From contig JNEM01010440.1 of assembly GCA_000697335.1 (NCBI GenBank), positions 1 through 56,933 of the forward strand: DNA of 56,933 bases. The letters are read 5' to 3'. This DNA comes from Conidiobolus incongruus B7586. Taxonomy: Eukaryota. Shown here piece after piece: positions 22,124 to 35,533 of this stretch (position 1 is its first letter; each line of letters opens with the position of its first letter). The notes beneath the pieces are model-generated. The model saw only the letters and a list, made by a program, of their open reading frames with translations. It made no database searches and had not been told where the DNA came from. A program made the position numbers and the translations under genes.

Positions 22124-24643
22124 AAAGTATAAATTTAAACATTTTTTTAATTTATTAATTAAAATTTTGAACGTTATTTTATAATAGACCAATCATGATA
22201 ATATAAATATCATTAAATTTTAGTTTTTAAAAGATCTTTTTTTTCATTAATATCAGAGTATTAAAAAATCACACGAACTTGTATAATGATATCTTTTAGA
22301 AAACTAAATATTTTAATATAATTGGTGTTCCTTGTGAAATTATTATATTAATGAAAAAATTAGTAAAGACAGAAATACATATATTATTGGAATGTATTAA
22401 TTTGTATCAAGATATCATTATATCCAAACCCCAATTATTGATAATTTATTATTATAGTTTAATTATATCTAATAATAAATAATAAATTTTATCAAAAACC
22501 ATTATCTTAAATACAGAATTATACACATATATATTATCAGTGTTATAATACTATTCAGTCATCCCTATTTATATTTGATGAGAATAATTATTTTTAATTC
22601 TTTTAAAAATTAAAATTTCATAAATTATAGATATTTTGAAAATAATCATCTTTGAAGTATATAATGTCAATAAGTAACTCTGATATATGTATGATTTTCG
22701 GAAATATATATAATGAAAACAAAAATAATATATTACTAATTATAATATATCTTTAACAGATAATCCTTCAATATATATATATATATATATATTTCAAATA
22801 TTATGGATAAGAATATAAGAATATGATTTAATATTATATAATAATTTTTTAAAATATAAAATGTTATCGAATATAAGGTTGATGAAACTCAATATCAAAA
22901 CTTATAAATATTTAATATATAATATATGTGTAGATAATTTTCTATTTTTACCTTAAATACTTTGATTTCTATTATAAATTATAAAAAATAAAGACAAGAA
23001 ATTCAAGTAAAAGATAAAAAGAACTCTATCTTCAATTAATATAAAACTTATATAAATAATATATTTTATCTTTTCAAAGTTTAATATCTCTTTTTTACAT
23101 ATATAACTCATATAAGTCATCTGGGAATGGTAAGAATGAAATAATTCCCACAAAGTTCTTAGCTAAGCCTAGCCCAAGTTTATTCCAGTTTCGAAAAGTG
23201 TCTAATTCAGGTGTTCTTATATTTGATGACCATTCAGAATGCCATATTTTTGTTACTTTTATTAAAAAGTTACCACTCCCTTGAAAAGATAGCTGTGTAC
23301 ATAAAATGATTTTCTAATCTACGAATAAAATAGATTGTTATCACTGTGAGAAATGAAAAATATTGGTAAACAAAATGTATTAATAAAAATTTCTATTTTA
23401 TAATTTTATTTTGAAAAAACAATTACACTTTTATAGTCAAATTCAATTATTGTTAATTTTTTATGCATTATTTTTTTCAATATTGATAATTCTCATATAT
23501 ATTTACTTTAGGGTTGTGATTTTTATGATAAAAATTTTATAGCCAAGAGTAAAATTTAAATTTATTATTATAATATATATATATATGTGTGTGTGTGTGA
23601 TAATACCAATGAATTATCAGTGACCATTTGGAAGCAAATATAACCAAATCCAATTATCACATATTTAATTTGAAAAATAATCAATTCAAATTATTAATAT
23701 AACTAATGTAAATATAGTTTAAATTTTGATAGAGATAAATAATTTAATTTATATAAAGATTAATTTTAATATTTTTTTAAAATATATTAATAGAATAATA
23801 ATTATACTTTATGATATTCAAACACAATTATTTCATATTTTTATCAGTAATTTAAATTATGAAATATTTAAGTAAAAATAGTGTTTAAGTTGCAAGTTTT
23901 TGATAAAGTTAATTATAGAATAAATTTATAATAACAATAGTTAATCAATTTTTCTATATATTATAAGATCTTGTGGTATTACATTTGATTATTCAAATAT
24001 ATTGGTCAAATTAGAATTTGGAAAAATTGATTGATATTTTTTGAAGATTAAATTGAGTATATTATGTGAAAAAAAGTTAAAAATAATAGCTGAAACAAAA
24101 CCAAGTACCTTTTTTATGACGTTTTCATCATTTTTATACAAATAAACTCAATTCGATCACAAATTATCCTTTACTCATTGTTTAATGGACTGTCACTAAG
24201 TGTTTAAACAGTAGTTAAGTATAATCCAGTTAGGTTAGTTTTATCTATGGACATTTTATATCATAATAAAAGCAATTGTATTTTTTGATAAACATCTCAA
24301 GATGATTAAAGAATCATTTTTAATTATAATCATTTGATAATAAATTTATTAAGTCAAAATCCTTATCTAAAACTTTTTGATTAGTATTTGATCCATACAT
24401 AGATTAAATTATCATTATTTGTGATTATATGGTATATATTATCTGTTTTGACTAATGCTAAAACATTACATAATTCTAAACTGATTTATATCATTTGAAA
24501 GACATTTTTAGGACCTGGATTTTATCGATAACCCATAATAATATTTTATCATCATTCTATGCAAACATGAATTATATAATATAATATTACAACTTAATCA
24601 ATTTTAATTTTATAAAAAAATTTGGGTTAAGAGATTTTAAATA

Positions 24644-25223
24644 ATGGTAATTTAAAATAATAATTTTCTGTATATTTTTTTTATTTTGTTATACCAAAGT
24701 TAAACTGAAATATGTGATTACTTTATTAACAAGTTTTGTTACACCATCTGTAGTCACCATCTAACAGTCCTAGCATTAACACCTTACTTCAATCTGAAGA
24801 AGATGCCAGTAAAATTGTTGCCAAAGCTCGTCAATGTAAACCAAAATTTAATACTATTCATTTATTTAATAACATTAAATATATTTAATTAGACCGTACT
24901 CAAAGATTGAAGGATGCTCGTAGTGAAGCCGCTAAAGAGATTGAAGAATTGAGAAAGAAAAAGCAAGCTGAATATGAAGCTTATGAAAAACAAGTAAAGC
25001 ATTTATTTGTTAATTAATTTGCTTGATTCTAATTTGAATATAGAATATTGGTTCTAATGATGAAGTATCCAAATCTATTCAACAAGATACTCAGGCTAAA
25101 GTAGCTGAAATTGAAGCTAACTTTGCCAAGAACAAAGACCAAGTAGTTCAATCATTAATTGATGCTATTATTAATGTTAAACCAGTTCCTCATCGTAATG
25201 CTAAAGTCAACTCTTCTGCTTAA
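24644..25223 (+). CDS. VMA10: V-type proton ATPase subunit G (absent from ORF track)
   Basis: Exons 24644-24646 (ATG only), 24754-24835, 24893-24993, 25044-25223 give MSPSNSPSINTLLQSEEDASKIVAKARQYRTQRLKDARSEAAKEIEELRKKKQAEYEAYEKQNIGSNDEVSKSIQQDTQAKVAEIEANFAKNKDQVVQSLIDAIINVKPVPHRNAKVNSSA*, a typical Vma10 pattern. Confidence 0.93.
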
Positions 25224-26378
25224 TAATTGGATTTTTTACACAATATCACACATACCTTCAATTTTCAATAATACTTCTTTTCGATTTTCTTTCTAGTTAA
25301 TGATATATTTAATATTTTTATTTTTACTTGGCATTTGCTTATATACTTTGTCAACAATTTTGATCATTTTCTAATACCTATTTATTTTTAAATTTTATTA
25401 TTATATTTTCAAAATTTGATTTAAATCAAACCAATATTTTATAACTTGAATGGTCTTGAAGAGCTATGCTTACATCAATTACAAACATCTTAAAATCAAA
25501 TATTATATAAATTATTATTAAATAACTCAATATTAATCAAAAAAAAAAACCACTAATCAAAACTAAACTATGCAAACTATTATTTTAATATAAAAAATAT
25601 GTTAGATATAAATAAGAATGCTAGTCTTTTGAGAGTATTAATATATGAATAATATTTACAATTTATTACTATAATCTAGTTATAATACCAGACTCTAATG
25701 AATAATTGACTGTTATGTATCATATATATATTAACCAAGTATTATGAATTTAAAATTTTATTCAGAATCAAAGAACAATCCATCGATTGTTTCACGGTAC
25801 TACATCTCAGTTAATATAATGTTTTCTGCCTGGGGATTTGAAATTGATATATTCAACACTACTCAATATATATCATAGCCGTATCTTTGAATAAGCTATA
25901 ATTAAATGAATTATAATTTAATTATTTTTCTTTATATGATTTAAGCATGATATCATTAATTTCATTATATATATATATATAACTCAACAAGTAATTCGTC
26001 ATAAATTGGTGCTTATAATAATTTCTTAAAAATCATAAATTATACTAATTTTGAGTCGTACAAGCTAGGTATTTATCTATACTCAATATTATATTTTTAT
26101 TAATATAAAGAAATTATTCACATCATTCAATTATTTGATAATTCAAGTAAAAATAATGCTGAATCACAACATGAAATGATAATTTTTTGTGTATATTAGA
26201 AATTAAAAGGACTCAATTTCTACAAAACAGGTTCACCAGTCTATTGTTTTAAAAATTATTAAAATATAGAAAAGCCATATATTTTTGCATCTGTTCAATA
26301 TTAGACGGAATTTATAAAAAGATTGAACAAATCAAATTAAAATTCCCTAATACAGTAGTTCCACGAATCAAACTTAGA

Positions 26379-26459
26379 ATTCTCCAAGATTCGAGATTAA
26401 TCTGGAAAATTTCAATTTAAAAATTTAACAAATTTAGATTTAATTTGGTGGTATAAATA
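26379..26459 (+). promoter_or_regulatory. Degenerate heat-shock element array plus TATA box upstream of the Hsp40 gene
   Basis: In-phase 5-bp units TTC-CAA-TTC-GAT-ATC-GAA-TTT at 26380-26412 (3 perfect, 4 single-mismatch nGAAn/nTTCn), then TATAAATA at 26452-26459. Sis1-type genes are known Hsf1 targets. Confidence 0.5.
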
Positions 26460-26553
26460 TGAGTGTTAGTCCAAGATCAATAGCGAATTTTTCACCTTGA
26501 CTTTTAACAGTTAAGTTTAATTAAATTAATATATATATAAATATATATACGTA

Positions 26554-27543
26554 ATGGGTAAAGATTATTATAGCATCCTTGGTGTCTCTAAATCTGCTAC
26601 CGAAGATGAAATTAAGAAAGCTTATAAGAAAGCTGCTTTAAAATACCACCCCGATCGTAACCCAAACGATAAAGAGAATGCGAATAAAAAATTCAAAGAA
26701 GTTTCCGAAGCATATGAAGTATTAAGTGATTCTAACAAACGTGAAATATTCGATCAATATGGCGAAGAAGGTCTTAAAGGCGGTGCTGGTGCTGGCCCTC
26801 AGTTCCATGCCAACGGATTCCCTGGAGGTTTTGGAGGTGGTCGCGGCTTCCAATCTTTCAACTTCACTCCCTCTTCCGCTGATGACATCTTTCGCGCTTT
26901 CTTTAGCGGTGGTGGTGGTTTTGATATGGGTGGCATGGGCGGTATGGGCGGAATGGGTGGAGGTGGTGATCCATTCGGATTCAGCTCTCATTCACGCTCT
27001 TCTGGACCCCGTAAACCTGCCCCTGTAACAAGAAAAATTCCTTTGTCTTTGGAAGATTTATACTCCGGCGTTACCAAGAAGCTCAAGGTTACTCGATCAT
27101 CTGTCACCTCTGGTAGAAGCAATGAGACTATTCTTACGCTCAACGTTAAGCCTGGTTGGAAGGCTGGTACTAAAATTACATTCGGCAATGAAGGTGATGA
27201 AGTTGCTCCTGGCGTTGCTCAAGACGTTGAATTCATTATTGACGAAAAACCCCATCCTACGTTTACTAGAACCGATAATGATCTTAACACTACTGTCAAG
27301 TTGAGCCTTAAGGAAGCTTTATGCGGATTCAAGAGAACCATCCAGACCCTTGATAACCGTGAACTCCCTATTCAAAACAGCGGTATCACTAAACCTGGTC
27401 AAACTTTCCAAGTTCCTGGTGAAGGTATGCCTATATCTAAATATCCTGGTCAAAAAGGTCGTCTCTATGTTAAAACTGATATCCAATTCCCTACAAGCTT
27501 AACCGCTGAACAAAAGAAAGCTTTGGCTAATATTCTTCCTTGA
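26554..27543 (+). CDS. SIS1: Class B cytosolic Hsp40/DnaJ, Sis1/Psi1/DNAJB1-like, intronless
   Basis: J domain with HPD ([11 protein letters not shown]...LKYHPDRN), G/F- and G/M-rich linker, no zinc finger, and a C-terminal domain with [22 protein letters not shown] and LKEALCG. Confidence 0.93.
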   Translation: MGKDYYSILGVSKSATEDEIKKAYKKAALKYHPDRNPNDKENANKKFKEVSEAYEVLSDSNKREIFDQYGEEGLKGGAGAGPQFHANGFPGGFGGGRGFQSFNFTPSSADDIFRAFFSGGGGFDMGGMGGMGGMGGGGDPFGFSSHSRSSGPRKPAPVTRKIPLSLEDLYSGVTKKLKVTRSSVTSGRSNETILTLNVKPGWKAGTKITFGNEGDEVAPGVAQDVEFIIDEKPHPTFTRTDNDLNTTVKLSLKEALCGFKRTIQTLDNRELPIQNSGITKPGQTFQVPGEGMPISKYPGQKGRLYVKTDIQFPTSLTAEQKKALANILP

Positions 27544-29471
27544 GAATCTTTGCTCAAATATCATTCCCATCTTTCCAAATACTAACAGTTTTGAGTATTG
27601 TGTTATAGTTTGAAATAGCTTCAATATTTAAAATTAGATTTTTATCAAAATAAATGTAATATATTCTATAATTCATATTTTTATCAAATATTTTCACCAT
27701 GATGTTAGATTTTATTAATATTATTGAATAATAAATTCAAATAATTATATCCTTATTATATAAAATTTATTATTTGAATTGATTTTTTCAATTCAGATCA
27801 TATACAATTTTATTTGTCATTTTAATATATTATATGGTCTGAACCAATTATTACTAAATATAGAAATATTTAGTTTACATTCTATTCAATAACAATTTAA
27901 AATATAACAAATATTATTACGCGTATTTTTTTAGCCAATCAAACCTTTGAATACTAAAATTTCTGAATTTGAATTAATGTGATCTAATGAAAGTACTTTA
28001 AGTTTTCTTGAACTGATATCCCTTTTTATTACTATTATTATTATTATTATTATTATTTATCCTATGTAATTTATGTATATTATTTCTTAAAAATATTTAG
28101 CTATACCACTTAAACTTTTAAATTATCTGTTTAATATTTAAGGTATAAGAATTTTAATGTTGTTATTCTTATTAAATTGATATTTATATTATTTTTACAA
28201 TTTTTGAATCTATTTTCAAACTTTAAAATTGTTTTAATACTTAATAATATTTTCTTGTAATTGTATTATATTAAACTTTATAAATATTTTTAGCATAAAA
28301 TTTAGTGATCATATTAATTTATATATCAATTTCAATGTATTTTTCATATTTTTATTATCAACATTTAAATTATTATTATGATTCATTGTTGATCATAATA
28401 AATAATTTTTTTATCTTCGATTATATTAAAATCAACACCATGTGTCAATTGCAGTGAATCTAAGTTGGTGACGAGGATTTTTCTATTAGAAATTGCATAA
28501 TTTAAAACTAACATCGTTAAAGTATAAACATGCTTTGGATGATTATTTATAAAATATAGTGTGCTTTGAATTAATTGATATAATATAATATCAAATATTT
28601 TAATATATAATATATGCATATAAACTAAACCGAACTATATAGGATAATATATTTTAATTTTTATAAATCTACCATATATTAAAATCTATATAGTTAAAAT
28701 ATTACATACGAATACAAATAGAAAAAATGATCATATTTCCAAATAAAAACTTAATATAAAAAGCTCATTTATTAAATGTTATTAATTATTATAAATTCAA
28801 ATTGTAATTCTGATTGAACCAAAATTTAAATTGAAAATTAAAAATTATTAAATTCAAGTTTAAAATAATGAATTAAATCAATAATCATAGTACTAAAATA
28901 TCAAAGATAATATATTACTTATCGTTTTATATTCTATAATTGGATAAAAGTTTCTCAAAATTTTGTTGAGTTTATATTTGAATTTCCAGTTCAGTATTTA
29001 ATTCTAAATCTGAATTGAAATTAGAATTCAAGTATTAATTTGATTGGATAAATATTTCAATGAATTGATTTAAAGATGAAGTCAATTGCTGATTGGATAA
29101 ACCAAGTCGAGAGTTTGATGGTGGGGTGAAGAAAGAAGGAAGTATTGGTAATGGATTTTGATTGAGCTATGGACATGCCTAAGATAGCTTTTATTATTGC
29201 ATGTGAATCACTAAATCATTGGAATTTTAATACCCATATATAAATTTAATTATTTTTGCTGTTATAAAACAATTTAACTATCTTAGCTTTATAATTTCAA
29301 TAATTAGAAAAATAGTTTAAATAGAATATAAATTATTTATGAATTATACATATTAACCCTTTTTAATTCAACATTCAATTATATTTTTGTTTACGTCTAA
29401 AAATATTACGTTTTTTCCGTCTTTTTTAAGTCCATTTTATTCACTTTTTTGATCATATTCATCATCAATTA

Positions 29472-32400
29472 ATGTCACAATATTTTTTTCCAAACCAGAC
29501 AGGAAATAATTCGCTTTATCCTAACCAATCGACCCAAAACAACAATTTTCAAAATAAAGATTCATATGAAGGAACAAGATTTCCCCCGAATCAAAATTTT
29601 GACGCAAATTCTTTTGGACAGATGAATTTTCCTCCTATGTCTGCGCCTTATCTCAATGCAAGTAATGCGAATTCGAATTTATATCAGCAAAATGCTTGGT
29701 CTCAGCCTTCTTTAAACCAGCCTTCATATGTTGTTCCGAATCAACAAGACAACTTCAATCCAACTGCTTTTCCTGGAAATAATATTCCTCAAATTAATAT
29801 TACTAACATCTTTAGCCATGCTAATCCTAACAGCTTTCCTCACAACTTTAATTCACAAGGCATTGCTCCTAAATTGGATCAATTTCCGATGAATGTTAAT
29901 ACATTCCCTAATGATAACGGTCAAGCTTGGTTAAATTCTGATCTAAGTGCTACCAATCCTAACATTCTAAACAATAATAGAATGAACTTCCTCCAGCAAT
30001 TCCAGCAGCACCAGCAGCACCAGCAGTTTCAGTTACAGCAATTCCAGCAAAACCAACAGTTTCAACCGCCGCAGCAGCAGCAGCAGCAACAACAACAACA
30101 ACAACAGCAGCAGCAGCAGCAGCAGTTTCAGCAAAATCAGCAGTTGCCTCAGCAACAACAGAAAATACCTCTGGGGACACAACCATCAAATGTTATGGAT
30201 GGGTTTATGAACACTCAAAGTCTTAGCTCTGCTAACATAATAAATCCCGAAACATTTAGCTCCTCACAAAATCAGGCTAATAACAAGAATTCTACTTCTC
30301 AAGCCGATCAATTTAGCAACATTAGTCAAGCTACTCCCGCTGTTTCCAATCCTTCCTCTCTTCCTAGCACACTAAATCAAACTACGAAATTGCCACAGTC
30401 TTTTCCACAAGCATCGATGCCTGGGTATATTCCAATTCAGCCTCACCCCAATGCCAATATAACTAGTTCATCTTTACCCAACTTTTCAAACAGCCAACAG
30501 CTTAATCAATTCTATCCTACAAGTAATCAGATGGCTCCCAATTCATCTTTTTCTAACACCGCAACTGTCCAATCTATGGCTAATATACAGCCACTCCCTA
30601 ATCCATCCAGTCAACAGATTGCCAATGCCCAAAATAATCAATCTGCATCTCCTTCCCCATTGAAGCCAACATTCCCATCACTTGCGCCCAAAATTAACGA
30701 TTTAAACCAGAGCCCTGCTCAAACACCAGTAGGAGTATACCCTAATATCCCCACAATCAAGCCGCAGACGATACAACAATCAACTCTACAGACTGCGAAG
30801 CCAATTATGCCAGCCATTTCTCAAAATAACGCAAGCACACCTCAAAGAGATTTATCTCCCAGACCTGCGTCAAATGGATCAGGACAAACACCGATATCTG
30901 TATATTACTCTATGACCTATGAAGAGCTAAGATCCAAAGTAGGATGGACGAATAGCCAGGAGCTTGAGACAATCCGAAATGAATGCTTGCAGTCTGAGCA
31001 GAAGTTTTATGAGCATTTTAACAAATTTTGGAAAGCGTTCAAAAAAGATCCACCCCAATATGCTATCATTGCTGGTCAAAATCTATCACTTTATCATTTT
31101 TGGTGTAAGGTTCAGAGTACTGGGGGTTCTGCTGAGGTATTTAATATAATTTTCATGTTATTTGATATCGTATAAACTTTACCATAAATTTGTAATAGGT
31201 TACAAAAAGGAAATTATGGAAGGAGCTTGCTTTTGAAATTGGATTGGCTAAGGACACCAAAGCTCCTCCTTCAATGATTAAGGTCCGCTGGGAAAGGACA
31301 TTAGATCTTTTTGAATATTGTTTATATGGTGATATTAGTAATCGACTTCCACCAAATGTCCCGGCGAAAAGTATTAACAAAGGCAATTTTTCAGGTAATC
31401 TTGGAATAATTTAAGCTGATTATATACTTCATTTCTCTTAATATTTTTAATTCTTCAAAACACTAATAATGAATATTGATTTTGTTTTTAGTTTCTAAGG
31501 AATCTTCAGTCAATCCAGATTTCAGTGATCAGAGCATTGGTACTAATCCAAATCAAAGTGTTATCTTACCATCCCCATCCCCTTCAAATTTTAAATCCTC
31601 AATGTCCAAGGTATTTTTAACAATTTTTGCATCATCTTAAATGATCTGACATTAATAATTTTAGGATCTTACGAGTGCAACTCCCCAATCCAATCTTATC
31701 AATAACTCTCAAATGATTGATTCTAAGCTTCAAGTTAATAATGTGGAATCTTTAGTCTCTCCGACACTTATCAATCAGATGAATACTATCCCAATGAATG
31801 ATGCGATAGTTAAAACAGAATCACAGGTACAATCTCCAATCAGCTCTATTTCAAAAGCTACCACTCCCCCACCAAAACCTTATATTCCTTTTGCGAGAGT
31901 ACTTGATACCTACGGTGGTTTAGATCTGAAATCACTCAAACCCTTTCTTTATTCTTCTGCATACCCATCATACCCTTCTCCAAAGGTAGAGTGGCATGAT
32001 CTTATAATGAGTCTTAAATCTTCATCTGTTTTTCATTTAACCAATGCGATAAATATTCTGTTGTCTGCTTCGGGTTCTAATAATCAGGTGATTTCTTTAT
32101 CTGATCATGAAACTGTCTACGATGCTTTGATGTCCCTCATAGATGAAGCTTTGTTACAAATAGACCAAAGCTATAGTAATGATACCCAAAATTCCAAAGA
32201 ACTCAAGTTTTCGCATCAGATTATCTCAAGTTATTATCATGAAAACGATGTTAACATCAAACCAGCTGAAGACAGTCAGAGCTTTCATTTGCAAGATCAA
32301 GTCATTCACTCAATTCCAAGCATATTTATAATCTTTCGAAATCTCTCCTTCTTTCCTGAGAATCAAAAATATCTCTCGAAAGATTCTGATTTCGTTAGTA

Positions 32401-33266
32401 CCGTATTGCCTTTGATTACCAAAACACAAGATTTTAAAGTGTTTTCCAATTCCATTTGGTTAGAACTGAGAAGAAATTTTTTGATCATTATATCCAATAT
32501 TATGGAGCATTATCGTCTTTCAACGGTTGATGAATCTAATTTCCAATTAATTGAGTTTATATCTCAATGCTCTCAAGATGACAGTGACTATTATAGTAAA
32601 CTGGCACTTGAATCTTTAATTAAATTGGCTGTACAAGATATCAACCAGTCGTTTTTTAACAGTCCAAGATCTCATGCTATTTTGAGTCCTCTTTATCTAT
32701 TTTTGACGGAACAGCTGACAAATCTCCCTTGTGGGACTCATTCATCATCTGCTCCTAATCCCAACTTTTTGATGGAAGACACCGTTTTAACCTTTTATTA
32801 TTATTTAGCATCCATACATTTACTCTCGAAGCTAATTCTAGACTCAAATTATGAAGTAATCGGTTGTGTTATATCTTTAGTGTCATACTTGACGAATCTA
32901 TTACGCTGGTTCACTCAATTGGAGATGCAGGATCGAGTCATGCAACATATGGCAACTAAGCCTCAATTTTCATACAACCATTCGTTTCCAATGAATCGAT
33001 CCATTCATATTACTTCATTAGATCCTAAAGATATAAGCGAATTTATGATTAGTTTGATCACTCGAATCACCCAAATCATACAGTATTTAGAGAGATACTA
33101 CATCTTAATCGATGAGAAGCATGACGCCGAAAAATCTAGACTGGGCTATAACTTTTCTAAATCCAAGAAACATTTACTCGAAACATTTGGCATTATGAAC
33201 ATTCATCCTAGCATTGCTTATTTAATCGATGAAATCATCAAAACTTTAAATAGTTTAAAATTGTAA
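29472..33266 (+). CDS. SWI/SNF ARID subunit, Swi1/Sol1/ARID1-like
   Basis: Exons 29472-31136, 31199-31394, 31492-31610, 31665-33266. Q/N/P-rich N-terminus; spliced ARID domain LSLYHFWCKVQSTGGSAEVTKRKLWKELAFEIGL...IKVRWERTLDLFE; then RVLDTYGGLDL...DLIMSLKSS...NAINIL and IFRNLSFFPENQKYL, as in the Swi1/BAF250 armadillo region. Confidence 0.85.
29994..30161 (+). repeat. CAG/CAA poly-glutamine region within the Swi1-like gene
   Basis: Encodes QQFQQHQQHQQFQLQQFQQNQQFQPP followed by a pure Q run (30072-30125) and FQQNQQLPQQQQ. Confidence 0.9.
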
Positions 33267-33999
33267 ACTAAATTTAACATTAATCTCCAATCTTTAAATT
33301 TGTATGTATTTAAATTTGATTCATTCATTCTTTTTAATTTAAAAAATAAAGTATTTCTTAATATTTATATCAATATTATTTTACGTTATATTCAATTCAT
33401 TGTGGTTTACATGGATGTTTATTTCTTTCTTTGAGTTGGTTTAACAAAGAATGCCAATAATTTTCAGAATATTCAATAATCAAAAAAATGAATCAATCAA
33501 ATTATTTGATATTTATTTGATGCTAATTATACTATTTTTTTTATTTCGAATAATACTAATAATTTTCTAATATATAATTTAACTTAGCATTCTTATGTAA
33601 TATATTCTTTTCCACTCTATAGAATAAATATTCAAACCTACAAATTCATACTCTATGTATTCTATCTCAATATTTGATTTTAAAATAATAAAATCAAAAA
33701 GTGAGTATTATTTTCATAATTATTAGTAAGTTTAGTATATTTAGACAGAGTATTATCAAAGAGTCACACATATTATCTTTTTTGAATCATTACTAATATT
33801 ATACTTTTTTTCGTTGTATTATATTATTATTAAGTTTTTATAATATGGTAGGAATAAATATTATTACCCAATCAAAATCAATTATTATAAAATTTTGAAT
33901 TTTAATTAAAAAATCATTTTTATCCATTTATCAAATGAATCTGAAAATTTTAAATATCTAACTCTTTTTACATTAAAAATTTTCAATACAAAAAGTGAA

Positions 34000-35533
34000 A
34001 TGAGTGAAAGTGAACCTCTATACAATTCAGAAGATGAAAGAGAATCTTTAATTCAATACACGAATCAAACCACACTCATTAAATTTACACAGCTTCACTG
34101 CTTTACGGGCGAAGAGATGTCCACTCCGCTTCAATATCATACCCCTATATTTGGCAATTGCTCTGATTTGGCCAATTATAAAAAAATCTGTAGTATCAAT
34201 GAAGGTGTTTACGGTCCAGTTTAGTAATATCACAATATTAATACCAAAATTTAAAATTCTAATTTCTAATTTTTATAGTAAAGTTCAAGATAAAAAAACG
34301 AAACAAATTAAAGCCATAAAAAAGATAATTATTGGAAATTTAAAGGGAGGTATTTCGGATTGCAGTTTGAGAGAGTTGCAAATTTTGCAACAGTGTCAAA
34401 ATGATAATATTTTGAACTTGCAGGATATTGCAGTCAGTAAAGCTATGGAGGAGTGTTACCTAGTTATGGAGTATTGTCAATATGTAAGTAATTTTAATTT
34501 TCCAATTTTTTTGATATTAATTTTGTTTTAGGATTTAGGTACTGTTATGTATTATAACGATAATAAGGAGCCTTTTACTCTCCCAGAAGGTAATTCTAAT
34601 TAATTTTCTTAATTGATATTTTTTTAATATTACAATAGTAAAGTGTATCTTTAAACAAATTTTACAAGGTTTAAAATATTTACATCAAAGAAAAATCATC
34701 CACAGGTATTTTCGTGATAGTTATTCATGTTATTAAATATTCGTATTAAATGGTGATTTTAGAGATTTGAAACCTGATAATATTTTGATCACATCAGAGG
34801 GAATCATCAAACTTGGTACATAATAATTATCTTGTTTAAATATACTTTCATTGTGATTAACATTAAGTTATAGCTGATTTTGGTTTAGCCAAAGTCAACA
34901 AGCAAGATAGTCACGTACCACTAACACCTGACATGGTAACGCTTTGGTATCGCAGTCCTGAAATATTACTCAAAGCTCACTATTATACAACAAAAGCAGA
35001 TATATGGTAAATATGAAAGAGTTTTTGATATTCCGATTTTTTAATTATATGTTAGGTCTGCTGGATGCATTTTTGCTGAACTCCTTCAACATAATCCACT
35101 ATTTACTGGCGATACCGAATTAAATCAATATTTACAAATATGTGAATTATTGGGTACTCCTAATGATGAAACATGGCCCGATTTCCCAAATTTAACCAAA
35201 GCGATCATGTTTCCGGATATCGATCAACCGTAATAATTTCACAATTACTTTAATGATAATTTGTTTACCATATTTTTAGATATTGTTATTTGGGAGATAT
35301 TTTTGAATTTGAATCACCAAATACTGTCGACTTATTATACTGTATGTTAACGATGAATCCTGAATGGAGAAGTGATGCTAATCACTGTTTAAATCATGAA
35401 TATTTTAACGAAGCTCCAGAAGGTAAATAATATATTTGATTTTATAAGTAATTTTACTAAGCATTATCATTTAGCTTGCGAACCATCTGACCTTGTTAAC
35501 AGTGCCATTCTCAAAGCATATCCTGTAAAATAA
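34000..35533 (+). CDS. Cyclin-dependent kinase, divergent CDK10/CDK11 (PISSLRE/PITSLRE) family
   Basis: Nine exons: 34000-34223, 34279-34483, 34532-34589, 34639-34705, 34763-34815, 34874-35006, 35056-35229, 35280-35422, 35475-35533. Motifs [98 protein letters not shown] and YFNEAPEACEP. Confidence 0.88.

Noticed and set aside
23508..23516. Scattered single TTAGGG(TT) motifs (also near 46709, 48316, 50739)
   Set aside because: Isolated monomers rather than tandem telomeric arrays, with no consistent position relative to genes.
29959..30189. Poly-Ala/Val minus-strand ORF
   Set aside because: Antisense of the CAG/CAA polyQ tract in the Swi1-like gene.
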